A stretch of DNA of 64,000 nucleotides from an uncultured bacterium (GTDB taxonomy: Bacteria; Oederibacteriota; JAAXVQ01; JAUVAV01). The translations under genes were made by a program, and so were the position numbers. The stretch is taken from assembly GCA_963710755.1 (NCBI GenBank), contig CAVQBK010000003.1:1056001-1120000 (forward strand), in the 5' to 3' direction. Position 1 is the first letter of the stretch. Each line of letters opens with the position of its first letter. Under the pieces are notes generated by a model. It had not been told where the DNA came from, ran no database searches, and saw only the letters and a program-made list of their open reading frames with translations. Below are positions 1-9,690 of this stretch, one piece after another.

Positions 1-636
1 GTATCGGTTATAGACAGTAATGAAACCGGATTGAACGGATTGAAGGAAGTGATTTTTCAAATCACAGGCAAGGATGTTTACCGCAATCTTAAATTTGAAG
101 CCGGTGTGCACCGGGTGCAACGTGTTCCTCAAACCGAGGCCTCGGGACGCATTCATACCTCGGCGGTCACCGTAGCGGTGCTGCCGGAGGCCGACGAGGT
201 GGAAGTGAACATTAATCCAACAGAATTGCGCATCGATATTTTCTGCTCCTCCGGACCGGGCGGTCAAAGCGTGAACACGACTTATTCGGCAATACGCATT
301 ACCCATTTGCCCACAGGCATTGTGGTGCAATGTCAGGATGAACGATCCCAGACTAAAAACAAAGCCAAGGCCATGAAGGTTCTGCAGGCACGTTTGAAAA
401 AGCTGAAAGAGGAAGAACAGTCAAAGGAATTGTCGGCAGACCGAAAATCCCAAGTGGGCAGCGGCGACCGCAGTGAAAAAATCCGTACCTATAATTTCCC
501 CCAAAACCGGGTTACAGATCACCGGATTAATTACTCTTCTTATAATTTGGAAGGGTTCATGAACGGCGATATGAATGACATGATCGCTAAATTGCAGGAA
601 GCCGACCAGGCGGAAAAACTGGCTCAGTCCACCTGA
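1..636 (+). CDS. prfA: Peptide chain release factor 1, 5'-truncated by window edge
   Basis: Frame open from base 1; [14 protein letters not shown] with RF1 PxT motif, [30 protein letters not shown]; prmC nearby. Confidence 0.97.
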   Translation, partial: VSVIDSNETGLNGLKEVIFQITGKDVYRNLKFEAGVHRVQRVPQTEASGRIHTSAVTVAVLPEADEVEVNINPTELRIDIFCSSGPGGQSVNTTYSAIRITHLPTGIVVQCQDERSQTKNKAKAMKVLQARLKKLKEEEQSKELSADRKSQVGSGDRSEKIRTYNFPQNRVTDHRINYSSYNLEGFMNGDMNDMIAKLQEADQAEKLAQST

Positions 637-659
637 TCCGGGGGAACCGGGGAAGATGC

Positions 660-1082
660 TCAGCGGTTAAAGCGTTGCCTCAGAAGTTCATGTGCTGATT
701 TGCAGGTACCCAGCACCTGCCACTCACAATGGTCGCAGAGAACATCGAATTCTTCTTCCGATAGGCTGGCAATGCGCTCATCGATCTCAGGGAGAGGATA
801 AGGATGCCCCGGTTTGAGCTTCAAAGCCTTAAGGGTCCGTTTGTCCAGATCGTTCAATTTTTCCCCGCGCGGTCCCAACTGTTCAGGCTGACATTCCAAC
901 TCGGCATGGGGACAACTTTTACAAATATTATCCAATCCTGGCTTAATCACAATTGTTTTGGTGCGGCTGCTTTTAAGAATAGCGATGATACGGGTCATTT
1001 CATTTATATATTCAGGGGAATAGCCGTAACCGTTGTAGCCGATCCGGCATAGGATGTGATGGGGTCTTAAAGTTATAATCAT
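660..1082 (-). CDS. DUF1284-like Cys-rich, putatively metal/Fe-S binding protein
   Basis: LRPHHILC...GYS...DNICKSCP...CDHCEW...C pattern; ATG at 1082 preceded by GAAGG. Confidence 0.75.
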   Translation of the reverse strand: MIITLRPHHILCRIGYNGYGYSPEYINEMTRIIAILKSSRTKTIVIKPGLDNICKSCPHAELECQPEQLGPRGEKLNDLDKRTLKALKLKPGHPYPLPEIDERIASLSEEEFDVLCDHCEWQVLGTCKSAHELLRQRFNR

Positions 1083-1187
1083 AACGCCTTCTTTAATACT
1101 TGGATGCAATTCCGTTCTAAAAGAAGTCAGCGTCAAGAAAAGCATGGAAATAAAATGCTAACTAATAATAGGTTAAATTATGAAGCA

Positions 1188-2048
1188 ATGAAAGTCAATG
1201 CCAAAACTGTACAAAATGCACTCAAATATGGTCAAACTGAGCTCAAGGCAGCAGGCATTGTCCAGGCCAGGCAGGAAGCATTGGAGTTATTAAGTCATGT
1301 CTCTGGCTTGGATAAAGCGTCACTACTGGCTCATCCCAACGATCCTTGTCCTAAATGGAACCCATTTCTGGAGTTGATTAACCAACGTTGTCAACACAAG
1401 CCTCTGCAATATCTGTTGGGGAGCGAGTTTTTTGGCCCCTTGGAATTAAAAGTTGGGCCCGGGGTGCTCATTCCCCGGCCGGAAACAGAGCTGATCCTGG
1501 ATTTATGCAGCCAATTACTGGAGCCTGATCAGGTTAACTGGATTATAGATTTGGGCACTGGTTCCGGCAATTTAGCCTTAAGTCTGGCCATGCGCTATAG
1601 GCAGGCTCAAGTGTTGGCTGTAGATCTATCGGCTCAAGCACTGCGTTGGGCACGGCGAAACCGGGAATTGGCCAAAATTAAAAACGTGCGCTTCTATCAT
1701 GGTCATGGTGCTAGCCCCGTGCCTAAAAAACGATTTCACCAAATCGATTTAGTGGTTTCCAATCCGCCCTATATTAAAAGCGGAGATTTGGCAACTTTGC
1801 AGCCAGAGGTGCTGTGGGAGCCCAGACAAGCCTTGGACGGGGGCCCCGATGGATTGCAATCTATTGGCATTATGATAGATGCTGCCCGGCAGCTATTAAA
1901 GCCCCAAGGGCTTTTTTGTTGCGAAATAGGAATTAATCAAGCTTCGGACGTGATTAGACTTTTGCAGGAAGCAGGTTTTCAAAAGACAGACGTTAAAGAC
2001 GATTGGCAGGGTATAGGTCGTATTGTTTACGGGTTTCAACCTAATTGA
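1188..2048 (+). CDS. prmC: Release factor glutamine methyltransferase (HemK/PrmC)
   Basis: PLQYLLG, VLIPRPETE, DLGTGSG, SNPPY, ALDGGPDGL; start chosen at ATG 1188, uncertain. Confidence 0.95.
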   Translation: MKVNAKTVQNALKYGQTELKAAGIVQARQEALELLSHVSGLDKASLLAHPNDPCPKWNPFLELINQRCQHKPLQYLLGSEFFGPLELKVGPGVLIPRPETELILDLCSQLLEPDQVNWIIDLGTGSGNLALSLAMRYRQAQVLAVDLSAQALRWARRNRELAKIKNVRFYHGHGASPVPKKRFHQIDLVVSNPPYIKSGDLATLQPEVLWEPRQALDGGPDGLQSIGIMIDAARQLLKPQGLFCCEIGINQASDVIRLLQEAGFQKTDVKDDWQGIGRIVYGFQPN

Positions 2049-2145
2049 CGACTGTTTGTTTAATCGTTTATCAGGCCCCCTATAGTTTCTGTATCCATGT
2101 AAAACCTTTGATCTCCTTGCTTATTATTGTCCGCTGAAGTGGATG

Positions 2146-2174
2146 TTGACAAAATGGACAATAAAGACTATAGT
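2146..2174 (+). promoter_or_regulatory. sigma70-type promoter upstream of the chemosensory operon
   Basis: TTGACA (2146-2151)-17 nt-TATAGT (2169-2174) in an AT-rich intergenic region. Confidence 0.7.
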
Positions 2175-2342
2175 TTTTTTGTTAAATATTTGGATATAGT
2201 TTTTGGAAGGTTGCCAAGAGGGCGATATATTATTTTGTAATCAAAGTTTTAGGATAAAAGTATTTATTGTTGATTCTCAGTTTCAGGCCCATGGCCACGC
2301 AGTCCAAAGATTAGTACCTTTCAAGTCAAAGGAGGTCAAGTC

Positions 2343-2921
2343 ATGAAAACAATTGTCCTGCTGGGCATGATCTTAGGCTTGCTGTTTAGTGTTGGAACCA
2401 ATTTGTTGGTGAATGCCGAGGAGCCTAGAGCCGGGTCGTCACCAGCGGAGGTTAATCAGGATTCAGACTTTTTTCCCACCCATCCAGCACCGGAAAATTT
2501 ATTGGAAATAGAGCCAAGTACCCAATCTGTCCAAGCTGCTGTGCCCTCATCCGTGGAGTCCACCTCCACCGCCCAAGCAAAGAATATTAAAGCGGTAAAT
2601 CCCAAGCCCACGTCCACCGATACTATTATCAGGCAAAAAATTGCCATCGTAAGCCAAATAGACAATCATGAACTGATTACGGTTGGTGATGAAGTCTATT
2701 TGAAAACCAAACACCTGGCCGGTCTCGATTTCCACCGCCGTTATACTATTTATAAAGAGGTGGTGAAAGCCATGCCCGCCATCAGCAAACAACCGGTTCA
2801 CCTGGAGCAAGTGGTGGGCCAATTGAAGCTTTTGGATAAACGGCAGCCTTTGAGTTTGGCACGAATTACCACGGCCAGTGATATTATTAAACCGGGGGAC
2901 TTCATTTATATAGGACAATAA
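2343..2921 (+). CDS. Exported protein: signal peptide, Pro/Ser/Thr-rich linker, C-terminal beta domain resembling FlgT_C/TsaP C-terminus
   Basis: GGAGG RBS; hydrophobic N-terminus ending VNA-EE; GDEVYL...YTIYK...VGQLKL...ARITTASDIIKPGD. Confidence 0.55.
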   Translation: MKTIVLLGMILGLLFSVGTNLLVNAEEPRAGSSPAEVNQDSDFFPTHPAPENLLEIEPSTQSVQAAVPSSVESTSTAQAKNIKAVNPKPTSTDTIIRQKIAIVSQIDNHELITVGDEVYLKTKHLAGLDFHRRYTIYKEVVKAMPAISKQPVHLEQVVGQLKLLDKRQPLSLARITTASDIIKPGDFIYIGQ

Positions 2922-2922
2922 C

Positions 2923-3759
2923 ATGAGCGATATCCTGGACAGCTTTCATTTTGGGCGATTGATTCAAATGATCCGTAATGAGATTGGGTTGGATTGTTCT
3001 CATTATAAACCGGGTTATTTAAAACGTCGGGTGGCGGTGCGTATGCGCGCTACGCAATCACAGGACTATCGGGCTTATGAAAAAATACTGGCGTCCAACC
3101 GGGAAGAATATGACCTGTTGCTGGACCGCCTGACGATTAATGTGTCCCATTTTTTCAGGGATGTTACGGTTTTCGAGGAAATGAAAAAAAGCGTACTTCC
3201 CCGCTTGGCACAAAAATCCTCGGTCCGTATCTGGTCCGCAGGCTGCGCTAATGGCGAGGAACCCTATTCCTTGGCCATGCTCTTTGACAAAGAATTTCCC
3301 AAACATAAACATTGGGAGATATTGGCTACTGATCTAGATCCTAATTGCCTGCTCCGGGCCAAGGTAGGCCGGTACAAGCTCCAATCGCTGGTGGAAACAC
3401 CACCAGCGTACAAAGCCCGTTATTTCCATCAGGACGGCGAATTTTGGGATGTGAATCCTGAACTCAAAAAAAAAATAAAGTTTAGGGTGCTCGATCTGAC
3501 CAGCGATATGCCCAGGGAAAGAATCGACATGATCCTGTGCCGTAATGTGATGATTTATTTTATGCCTTTGCTTCAGGACCGTCTTTATGAAGGGTTTTAT
3601 GACATTCTCAAACCTAATGGTTTTTTAGTATTAGGTAAGACCGAAACCATGCTGGGAGAACAACGGCTCAAATTCGAGTCTGTTAACGGCCGGGAACGCA
3701 TCTACCAGGCCAAGGCGGATATTCTACCCGCTAAACACGAGGGCAGCACGCATGGATAA
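2923..3759 (+). CDS. cheR: Chemotaxis methyltransferase CheR
   Basis: YKPGYLKRR, LTINVSHFFRD, RIWSAGCANGEEPYS, ILATD, CRNVMIYF, GFLVLGKTE. Confidence 0.95.
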   Translation: MSDILDSFHFGRLIQMIRNEIGLDCSHYKPGYLKRRVAVRMRATQSQDYRAYEKILASNREEYDLLLDRLTINVSHFFRDVTVFEEMKKSVLPRLAQKSSVRIWSAGCANGEEPYSLAMLFDKEFPKHKHWEILATDLDPNCLLRAKVGRYKLQSLVETPPAYKARYFHQDGEFWDVNPELKKKIKFRVLDLTSDMPRERIDMILCRNVMIYFMPLLQDRLYEGFYDILKPNGFLVLGKTETMLGEQRLKFESVNGRERIYQAKADILPAKHEGSTHG

Positions 3760-4939
3760 TATTCAAAACCATCTCAACCTGGGCCTGGCCTTTACCCAAA
3801 CCAGGCAGTATGACAAGGCTATCAAGGAATATGAAAAAGCCTTGATTATTGACCCAACGGACACGGCAGCTTTGTTTCAGCTGGGGAGCCTATATGCCCA
3901 AGCCGGTCAATACGAGGTGGCGGTTAAAACCTGCCGTCAGGTGCTGGAGATGGCACCCGGTCATCAGCAGGTGCATGCCAAGCTGGGGATGCTCTACAGT
4001 AAAACCGGTCAATTGGAAGAGGCGATCGAGGCTTATCATCAGGCTATCAGTCTCCAGGCCAAGGATCCCTCACTGCATAACAGTCTGGGCGATGTGTATT
4101 ATAAATTAGGAAAAGCATATGAAGCCAAGGCTGCTTATCTTGCTGCGCTAGCCATCAATCCCAACCTTTCGGAAGTTCATTTCAAACTGGGTTATCTCCA
4201 CGAGAGCCAAGGTCATTTTGAAGAAGCAGTGGGAGAATATGAAGCTGCGTTACGCATAAATCCCAAGCATGCCGGCATTCATAATATTATTGCCAGCCTG
4301 AAAGCCAAGATGGGCAACTTGGAAGATGCGGAAACAGCATTAGGAAAAGTATTGGAACTTAATCCCCAAGACAGCACGGCCTTGCATCATTTAGGACAAT
4401 TGCTGATCAAGGGCCAGCGTCTGGAGGAAGCAGCGGAGGTGATGGAGCGCGTCTTGCAGCTGCGCCAGCATGATTTGGAAACCAGAAGCCAGTTAGGGCA
4501 GCTCTATGCCAAACTGGGGCAAAAAGAAAAAGCCATCCATCAGTTCCAAACAGTGCTGAAAGAGGCTCCGGAGGAAGGGCAAGTGCAGAAAATGCGAGCC
4601 TTTATTTATGATCTTGAAAATAACGTGGAACAAGCTGATCGTGCTTATCAAGACGCCATTGCCCACGCTCCCCAGGATCTGAGTTTGGTGGAAGGCCGTG
4701 CCAATTTTTTATATCGGGTGGGTGATTATCTTAAGGCGGTGGAAGCGTTGACCCAACTGCTTATCCTGGACCCCGGTCATGCCGAAGGTCATTTGAAGCT
4801 GGGCAATATCTATTACAAACAACAAGCCCGGGAACAGGCCCTGGACGCCTGGAAAAAATCCCTGGCCCTTGATCCTAATAATGAAATTTTGAGAAACAAC
4901 ATCAAATTTGTTGAAGGAACGCGCAATGGGGTACATTGA
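3752..4939 (+). CDS. Tetratricopeptide-repeat protein (about 11 TPRs, no other domain)
   Basis: Continuous 34-aa periodicity LG..Y...G..EEA...Y..AL.I.P; overlaps cheR stop. Confidence 0.9.
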   Translation: MDNIQNHLNLGLAFTQTRQYDKAIKEYEKALIIDPTDTAALFQLGSLYAQAGQYEVAVKTCRQVLEMAPGHQQVHAKLGMLYSKTGQLEEAIEAYHQAISLQAKDPSLHNSLGDVYYKLGKAYEAKAAYLAALAINPNLSEVHFKLGYLHESQGHFEEAVGEYEAALRINPKHAGIHNIIASLKAKMGNLEDAETALGKVLELNPQDSTALHHLGQLLIKGQRLEEAAEVMERVLQLRQHDLETRSQLGQLYAKLGQKEKAIHQFQTVLKEAPEEGQVQKMRAFIYDLENNVEQADRAYQDAIAHAPQDLSLVEGRANFLYRVGDYLKAVEALTQLLILDPGHAEGHLKLGNIYYKQQAREQALDAWKKSLALDPNNEILRNNIKFVEGTRNGVH

Positions 4940-5570
4940 ACAGCATCAGGAAAAGTCTCTGGGCCAGCTGTTACTGCAGAGCGGAAGAATTAATCAAGAA
5001 CAGTTAAACCAGGCTCTGACCGAACAAGAGCGGGCGGCCGAGCCTTTGGGCAAGACCCTGGTGCGTCTGGGCTATGCCCGGGAAGAAGATATTTTACAAG
5101 TACTAAAAGGGCTGTTGGTGGTCACCTTCACCCTGGCCAATGAATACTTCGCTTTTGAAGCGCTGTATGTGCGTGAGATCATTCGCTATCAGCCCTTGAA
5201 TAAATTACCACGCATGCCTGAGTATGTGGAAGGCTTGCTGCGCCACCGGGAAGCGGTGCTGCCGGTCGTCAATTTGACCTTGTTGCTCTGCCATCGGACC
5301 AGTCCGGTTACGGAAACGACCCGGATCATTATTATCGAGATTACAGGTCAGCTTTATGGCCTGCGGGTGGATACGGTGGAGGCGGTCGTGCAGTTGCCCA
5401 TGAATAATATCGAGACCACGCCCAGCACCCTAAAAGGCATCAATCCAAAATTTATTTACGGTGTAGGTAAGGTGGCCAATCGTCTCCTGACGGTGGTGCA
5501 TTTGGGCAATCTTTTTAATGCCGTCAATGTGCCAACATTAGATTCCGGGAACATGGGAGCAAGGGAATGA
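4926..5570 (+). CDS. cheW: CheW adaptor with N-terminal MshEN-like domain
   Basis: SLGQLLLQSGRINQEQLNQALTEQ-5 aa-PLGKTLVRLGY; CheW: VTFTL..EYFA...VREII...LPRMPEYVEGL...GLRVDTVEAV. Confidence 0.85.
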   Translation: MGYIEQHQEKSLGQLLLQSGRINQEQLNQALTEQERAAEPLGKTLVRLGYAREEDILQVLKGLLVVTFTLANEYFAFEALYVREIIRYQPLNKLPRMPEYVEGLLRHREAVLPVVNLTLLLCHRTSPVTETTRIIIIEITGQLYGLRVDTVEAVVQLPMNNIETTPSTLKGINPKFIYGVGKVANRLLTVVHLGNLFNAVNVPTLDSGNMGARE

Positions 5571-7780
5571 GCGAACCCGAAGAGGTTCAAAACAGCCGTG
5601 AATTTGAGTATGGCATCGATCAGAATGATGCCTCGGCGCATAATAATTTGGGTGTCTTTTATTACTCCAAGGGTATGTACGTGGAGGCCATTAAGGAATT
5701 CAAACGGGCTTTGGAGATTGACCATAATCTGACCCAAGCCATGGAAAATCTACAGGCGGTGAATAAACACACCGGTATATATGATCGCGCCATCGGAGCT
5801 TACCAGCGTGCTATTGAATTGTACCCTGAAGATGCGGATGCTCATTACAATTTAGGCAACGCCTTTCGTTACACCGGCCGTTATGAAGAAGCTATTGCTG
5901 AATATCAGCAGGCGGTGGATATCACACCGTCTCATCTCTTTGCCATCAATGCCTTGGGGTTGGTATACAAAAATTTAGGACGTTTTGACGATGCCATAAA
6001 CGTGCTGGTCAAAGCCATTGCCGCCTCTCCACATTTTGCGGATTTGCGTAATACCCTGGGTGAGGTTTATTACAACAAGGGTCTTTACGACGAGGCCATC
6101 AAGGAATTTACCACAGCCATCCAGATAAATCCCGATTTTGCCGTGGCCCACTACAACCTTGGGTTCGCTTATGGCGACAAAGGCATGAATCAGGAAGCGG
6201 AAAAGGAATTTGCCATGGCCGTGGAGATCAATCCCGGCTACATGCAGTCTTCCACCAATCTGGCCATCGATTATTATAAAAAAGGGGAAGGTGTCAAACC
6301 GGAACCTGAATTTTCAGTGCCCAAATTTCAAGAATCCGATCCCGCCGCAGCCTACCAGGAGATGGGCAAAGCCTATCGTCTTAAAGGTTTGCTAAACGAA
6401 GCGGTTCAGCAATATCAGAAAGCCTTGGCAGTTAAGCCTCAGAGCGCGGAGCTGCATAACATTCTGGGAGAAATTTACTTTGACATGAAAATGCTGGCCG
6501 ACGCTCTGACGGAATTTCGTAAGGCCATTGAGCAGGATGCCACCTTTGCCCTGGCTTATATCAATGCCGGCGTGCTATATCGTCATCAAGGTTTGTACCG
6601 GGAAGCGGAAGAACAGTTCAAGCGCGTACTGCATTACGATCCGGACAATGTGCGCAGCCATTATGAACTGGGCGTGGTTTATCACAAGCAAGGCAAGGCC
6701 CAGGAAGCCATCCATGAGATTGAATTGGCCATCAACAAAAATCCCCACTATGCGGATGGGCATTATCAACTGGGTATTTACTATTACCGTCTCAACCAAT
6801 ATGACCAGGCCATCACCGAATTCCGCCGTGCTATCGAACTCTCCCCCTTGTACAGCCAGGACAGCGAAGCCAATATTTATCTGGGGTTGGCGCTGGCGGA
6901 CAAAGGCCGGTTTGAAGAAGCCATTATTGAATATCAAAAAGCTTTGGCCCTGGATCCGCAAAACGCCGTAGCACATAATTCTCTGGGCATGGCCTATAAG
7001 AATATCAGCAATTACGACGATGCCTTGGAAGAATACCGCAAAGCCATCGTCCTCAATCCTCAGTACGCCAAAGCCTTTAATAATTTAGGTGTGATCTATT
7101 ATCAGAAAGGCATTTACGACAAAGCCATTGAGGAGTTCACGCGGGCTTTGGAAATTGATCCTGAATATCTGACCGCCCAAAAAAATTTGGTGGCGGCCTC
7201 CAAGAAAAAGGACATCTTCAAAGAGGCCATCGAACGCTTGCAGGCGGACATTCAGTCCAATCCCAACAATGCCGCAGCCTATTATGACCTGGCCAATGTT
7301 TATCGCAATACGGACCGTTTTGAAGAAGCCATCGAAGAATATAAAAAAGCACTGAAGATCAAGCCTGATTATGTCGAAGCTTGTACTAACATGGGATTGA
7401 TCTACAAGAAGCTCAATCAACCCGAGCTGGCGTTGAAAGTGTTGTTGGAAGCGGTAGCCATCAATCCCACTTACCCCGACGCTCACTATTATCTGGGGGA
7501 AGTGTATTTGCAAAAAAAATTACTGGATGAATCCGAGGTGGAATACTTGCGCACCATTGATCTGAACCCCAAGCATATCGAGGTTTATGACCGTCTGGCT
7601 ACCATCTACAGCATGCGCAACTGGTGGGACGAGGCTATCGCCACCTGGGATCACTTTATCCAGATCGCGCCTAATACGGAAACGGCCTTACGGGCGGCGG
7701 AGAAGATGCGCTCGGCCCAGGACTGGCTGGAACGATTTGAGTATTCGCCCGGTGCCAATCATCGCCGGCTGATTATATAA
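5567..7780 (+). CDS. Large TPR protein (about 18-19 repeats in two blocks)
   Basis: Regular AHNNLG..Y..KG.YDEAI.EF..A..I.P repeats; ATGA overlap with cheW. Confidence 0.9.
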   Translation: MSEPEEVQNSREFEYGIDQNDASAHNNLGVFYYSKGMYVEAIKEFKRALEIDHNLTQAMENLQAVNKHTGIYDRAIGAYQRAIELYPEDADAHYNLGNAFRYTGRYEEAIAEYQQAVDITPSHLFAINALGLVYKNLGRFDDAINVLVKAIAASPHFADLRNTLGEVYYNKGLYDEAIKEFTTAIQINPDFAVAHYNLGFAYGDKGMNQEAEKEFAMAVEINPGYMQSSTNLAIDYYKKGEGVKPEPEFSVPKFQESDPAAAYQEMGKAYRLKGLLNEAVQQYQKALAVKPQSAELHNILGEIYFDMKMLADALTEFRKAIEQDATFALAYINAGVLYRHQGLYREAEEQFKRVLHYDPDNVRSHYELGVVYHKQGKAQEAIHEIELAINKNPHYADGHYQLGIYYYRLNQYDQAITEFRRAIELSPLYSQDSEANIYLGLALADKGRFEEAIIEYQKALALDPQNAVAHNSLGMAYKNISNYDDALEEYRKAIVLNPQYAKAFNNLGVIYYQKGIYDKAIEEFTRALEIDPEYLTAQKNLVAASKKKDIFKEAIERLQADIQSNPNNAAAYYDLANVYRNTDRFEEAIEEYKKALKIKPDYVEACTNMGLIYKKLNQPELALKVLLEAVAINPTYPDAHYYLGEVYLQKKLLDESEVEYLRTIDLNPKHIEVYDRLATIYSMRNWWDEAIATWDHFIQIAPNTETALRAAEKMRSAQDWLERFEYSPGANHRRLII

Positions 7781-7822
7781 ATCGGGACGCCTGAATTTTA
7801 CAGGTGCAGCCTTGGAGAGACG

Positions 7823-8161
7823 ATGAAGTTGATTAAGTGCATTATTCAACAAAACAAACTGGAGACCGTCAAGCAGACCCTGTTGGAACAAGGCGTACAG
7901 GGCATGACGGTCTATGAAGTGAAAGGATTTGGCATTCATCGTGCCCAATTAGAGCACAAAGCTAGTGGCAATTACCTGGTTGAATTCCAGCCGCGGGTTA
8001 TGTTAGAACTGGTGGTGCCTGACGAACAGACCGCCTCTTTAATCAACTTAATCACAGCGGTGGTGCGTTCCGGGCGTCTGGGGGACGGGAAAATATTCGT
8101 TCTGCCCGTGGAAGAGGTGATTCGTATCCGGACAAATGAGCACGGCAACGCAACCATATAA
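7823..8161 (+). CDS. P-II family signal transduction protein with divergent T-loop
   Basis: 112 aa; GMTVYEVKGFG, GRLGDGKIFV, RIRTNE; GGAGAG RBS. Confidence 0.92.
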   Translation: MKLIKCIIQQNKLETVKQTLLEQGVQGMTVYEVKGFGIHRAQLEHKASGNYLVEFQPRVMLELVVPDEQTASLINLITAVVRSGRLGDGKIFVLPVEEVIRIRTNEHGNATI

Positions 8162-8190
8162 GCATACTCAATCAAAGAGAGGAGAATACC

Positions 8191-8562
8191 GTGGCATCAA
8201 AAATCCTTATTGTTGACGACGCATCCTTTATGCGCATGATGCTTCGTAATATCTTAACCAGTCATGGCTATGAGATTGTGGGGGAAGCCGAGAATGGAAT
8301 TCTGGCCATTGATGCCTATCAGCGGCTCAATCCTGATATCGTGCTCATTGATCTCATCATGCCCGAGATGGGCGGCATCGAGGCGGTTAAAAAGATCATG
8401 GAGCTCGATGGCCAGGCCAAAATTATTATTTGCAGCGCCATGGGGCAGCAAGCCCTGGTGGTGGAAGCCATGCAAGCCGGCGCCAGAGATTTTATCATCA
8501 AGCCCTTCCAGCCGACCAGTGTCGTGGAGGCGATCCAAAAAGTTGAACATGAGAAGGAGTAG
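8191..8562 (+). CDS. cheY: Single-domain response regulator CheY (1)
   Basis: ILIVDDASFMRMML, DLIMPEMGG, CSAMGQQ, FIIKPF; GTG start after GAGGAG. Confidence 0.92.
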   Translation: MASKILIVDDASFMRMMLRNILTSHGYEIVGEAENGILAIDAYQRLNPDIVLIDLIMPEMGGIEAVKKIMELDGQAKIIICSAMGQQALVVEAMQAGARDFIIKPFQPTSVVEAIQKVEHEKE

Positions 8563-8567
8563 CCAAC

Positions 8568-9209
8568 ATGAATGATCCCAGCGAAATCAATCAGTTCTAC
8601 CGGGACGCTTTGCAGGAACTGGGCAATATTGGGGCGGGTAATGCCGCCACGGCCTTGTCGCAAATGGTGGGACGGACCATCGGCATGTCGGTGCCCAAAG
8701 TCATGATCGTGCCGGTGGAGGAAGTGCCTGAGCTGGTCGGCGGTGTGGAGGAAATTGTGGCCGGCATCTATCTGGAAGTCTTCGGTGACCTGCCTTCGAA
8801 AATATTAGTTACTTTTCCCCATAAGAATTTGGTGCTCTTGACGGATATGCTGCTGGGCAACAACCTGGGGTCCCAAACCCTGATGAACGAGATGAAACTT
8901 TCGGCCCTTAAAGAACTGGGCACCATTCTATCCGGGGCCTATTTGAACGCCTTGGCCAAGTTTTTAGATCTGCGTATGATTCCGTCCGTCCCGGCCCTGG
9001 CCATTGACGTTATGACCGCGATTTTGGAAACCATCCTGGTAGAAATTTCCCAGGAGACCCAATACGCGCTCATGCTTCAAACTGAGATTATTGAAACCGA
9101 GACTAAAATAACGGGAACCTTCTTTTTGATTCCCGAACCGGGAACATTGGACACGATTGTGAAATCCATTGCCAAAGCTGCTGGGGTGATCGATGCCGGA
9201 ACGAATTAA
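8568..9209 (+). CDS. cheC: CheY-P phosphatase CheC
   Basis: DALQELGNIGAGNAATALSQM; second site SALKELGTILSGAYLNAL; PSVP. Confidence 0.93.
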   Translation: MNDPSEINQFYRDALQELGNIGAGNAATALSQMVGRTIGMSVPKVMIVPVEEVPELVGGVEEIVAGIYLEVFGDLPSKILVTFPHKNLVLLTDMLLGNNLGSQTLMNEMKLSALKELGTILSGAYLNALAKFLDLRMIPSVPALAIDVMTAILETILVEISQETQYALMLQTEIIETETKITGTFFLIPEPGTLDTIVKSIAKAAGVIDAGTN

Positions 9210-9690
9210 GGTTGGAATGGCTTCTTGGAAATTGGCCCGCGATGGTGACTTGCTGGTAACCTTTGGGTTGGGATCCTGTGTGGGGTTGGCGTTGTGGGAC
9301 AAGTCCACCAAGGTGGCCGCCATGGCCCATGTTATGTTGCCTGACTCCAAGCAAATGCATTTTCGCCAGGAAGTCAATCCAGCCAAGTTTGCCGACACCG
9401 CCTTGTCGATCATGCTCAACCGGCTGGAAAAAATGGGCATTCCCAAAGAGCGGTTATGTGCTAAAATCGTCGGCGGCGCCAATATGTTTGCTTTTGACAA
9501 CAAAGCCAGTCACTCGGGGATGAGCATTGGGGCGCGAAATGTGGCGGCCGTTAAAAGCATCCTCAAGGAGGAAGGCATCCCCTTGAGTGCGGAAGACACG
9601 GGCGGCACGGTGGGACGCTCCCTGGAATTTTCCTCAACCGATGGGTTGATCCGGGTACGCACCGCTTTAACGGGCGAGCGGGTAATATAA
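9193..9690 (+). CDS. cheD: Chemoreceptor glutamine deamidase CheD
   Basis: GLGSCVG (catalytic Cys), AHVMLP, KFADTA, AKIVGGANMF, IGARN, EDTGGTVGR. Confidence 0.95.
   Translation: MPERIKVGMASWKLARDGDLLVTFGLGSCVGLALWDKSTKVAAMAHVMLPDSKQMHFRQEVNPAKFADTALSIMLNRLEKMGIPKERLCAKIVGGANMFAFDNKASHSGMSIGARNVAAVKSILKEEGIPLSAEDTGGTVGRSLEFSSTDGLIRVRTALTGERVI

Noticed and set aside
1-636. RF2 with programmed frameshift
   Set aside because: The PxT motif identifies RF1; no SPF motif
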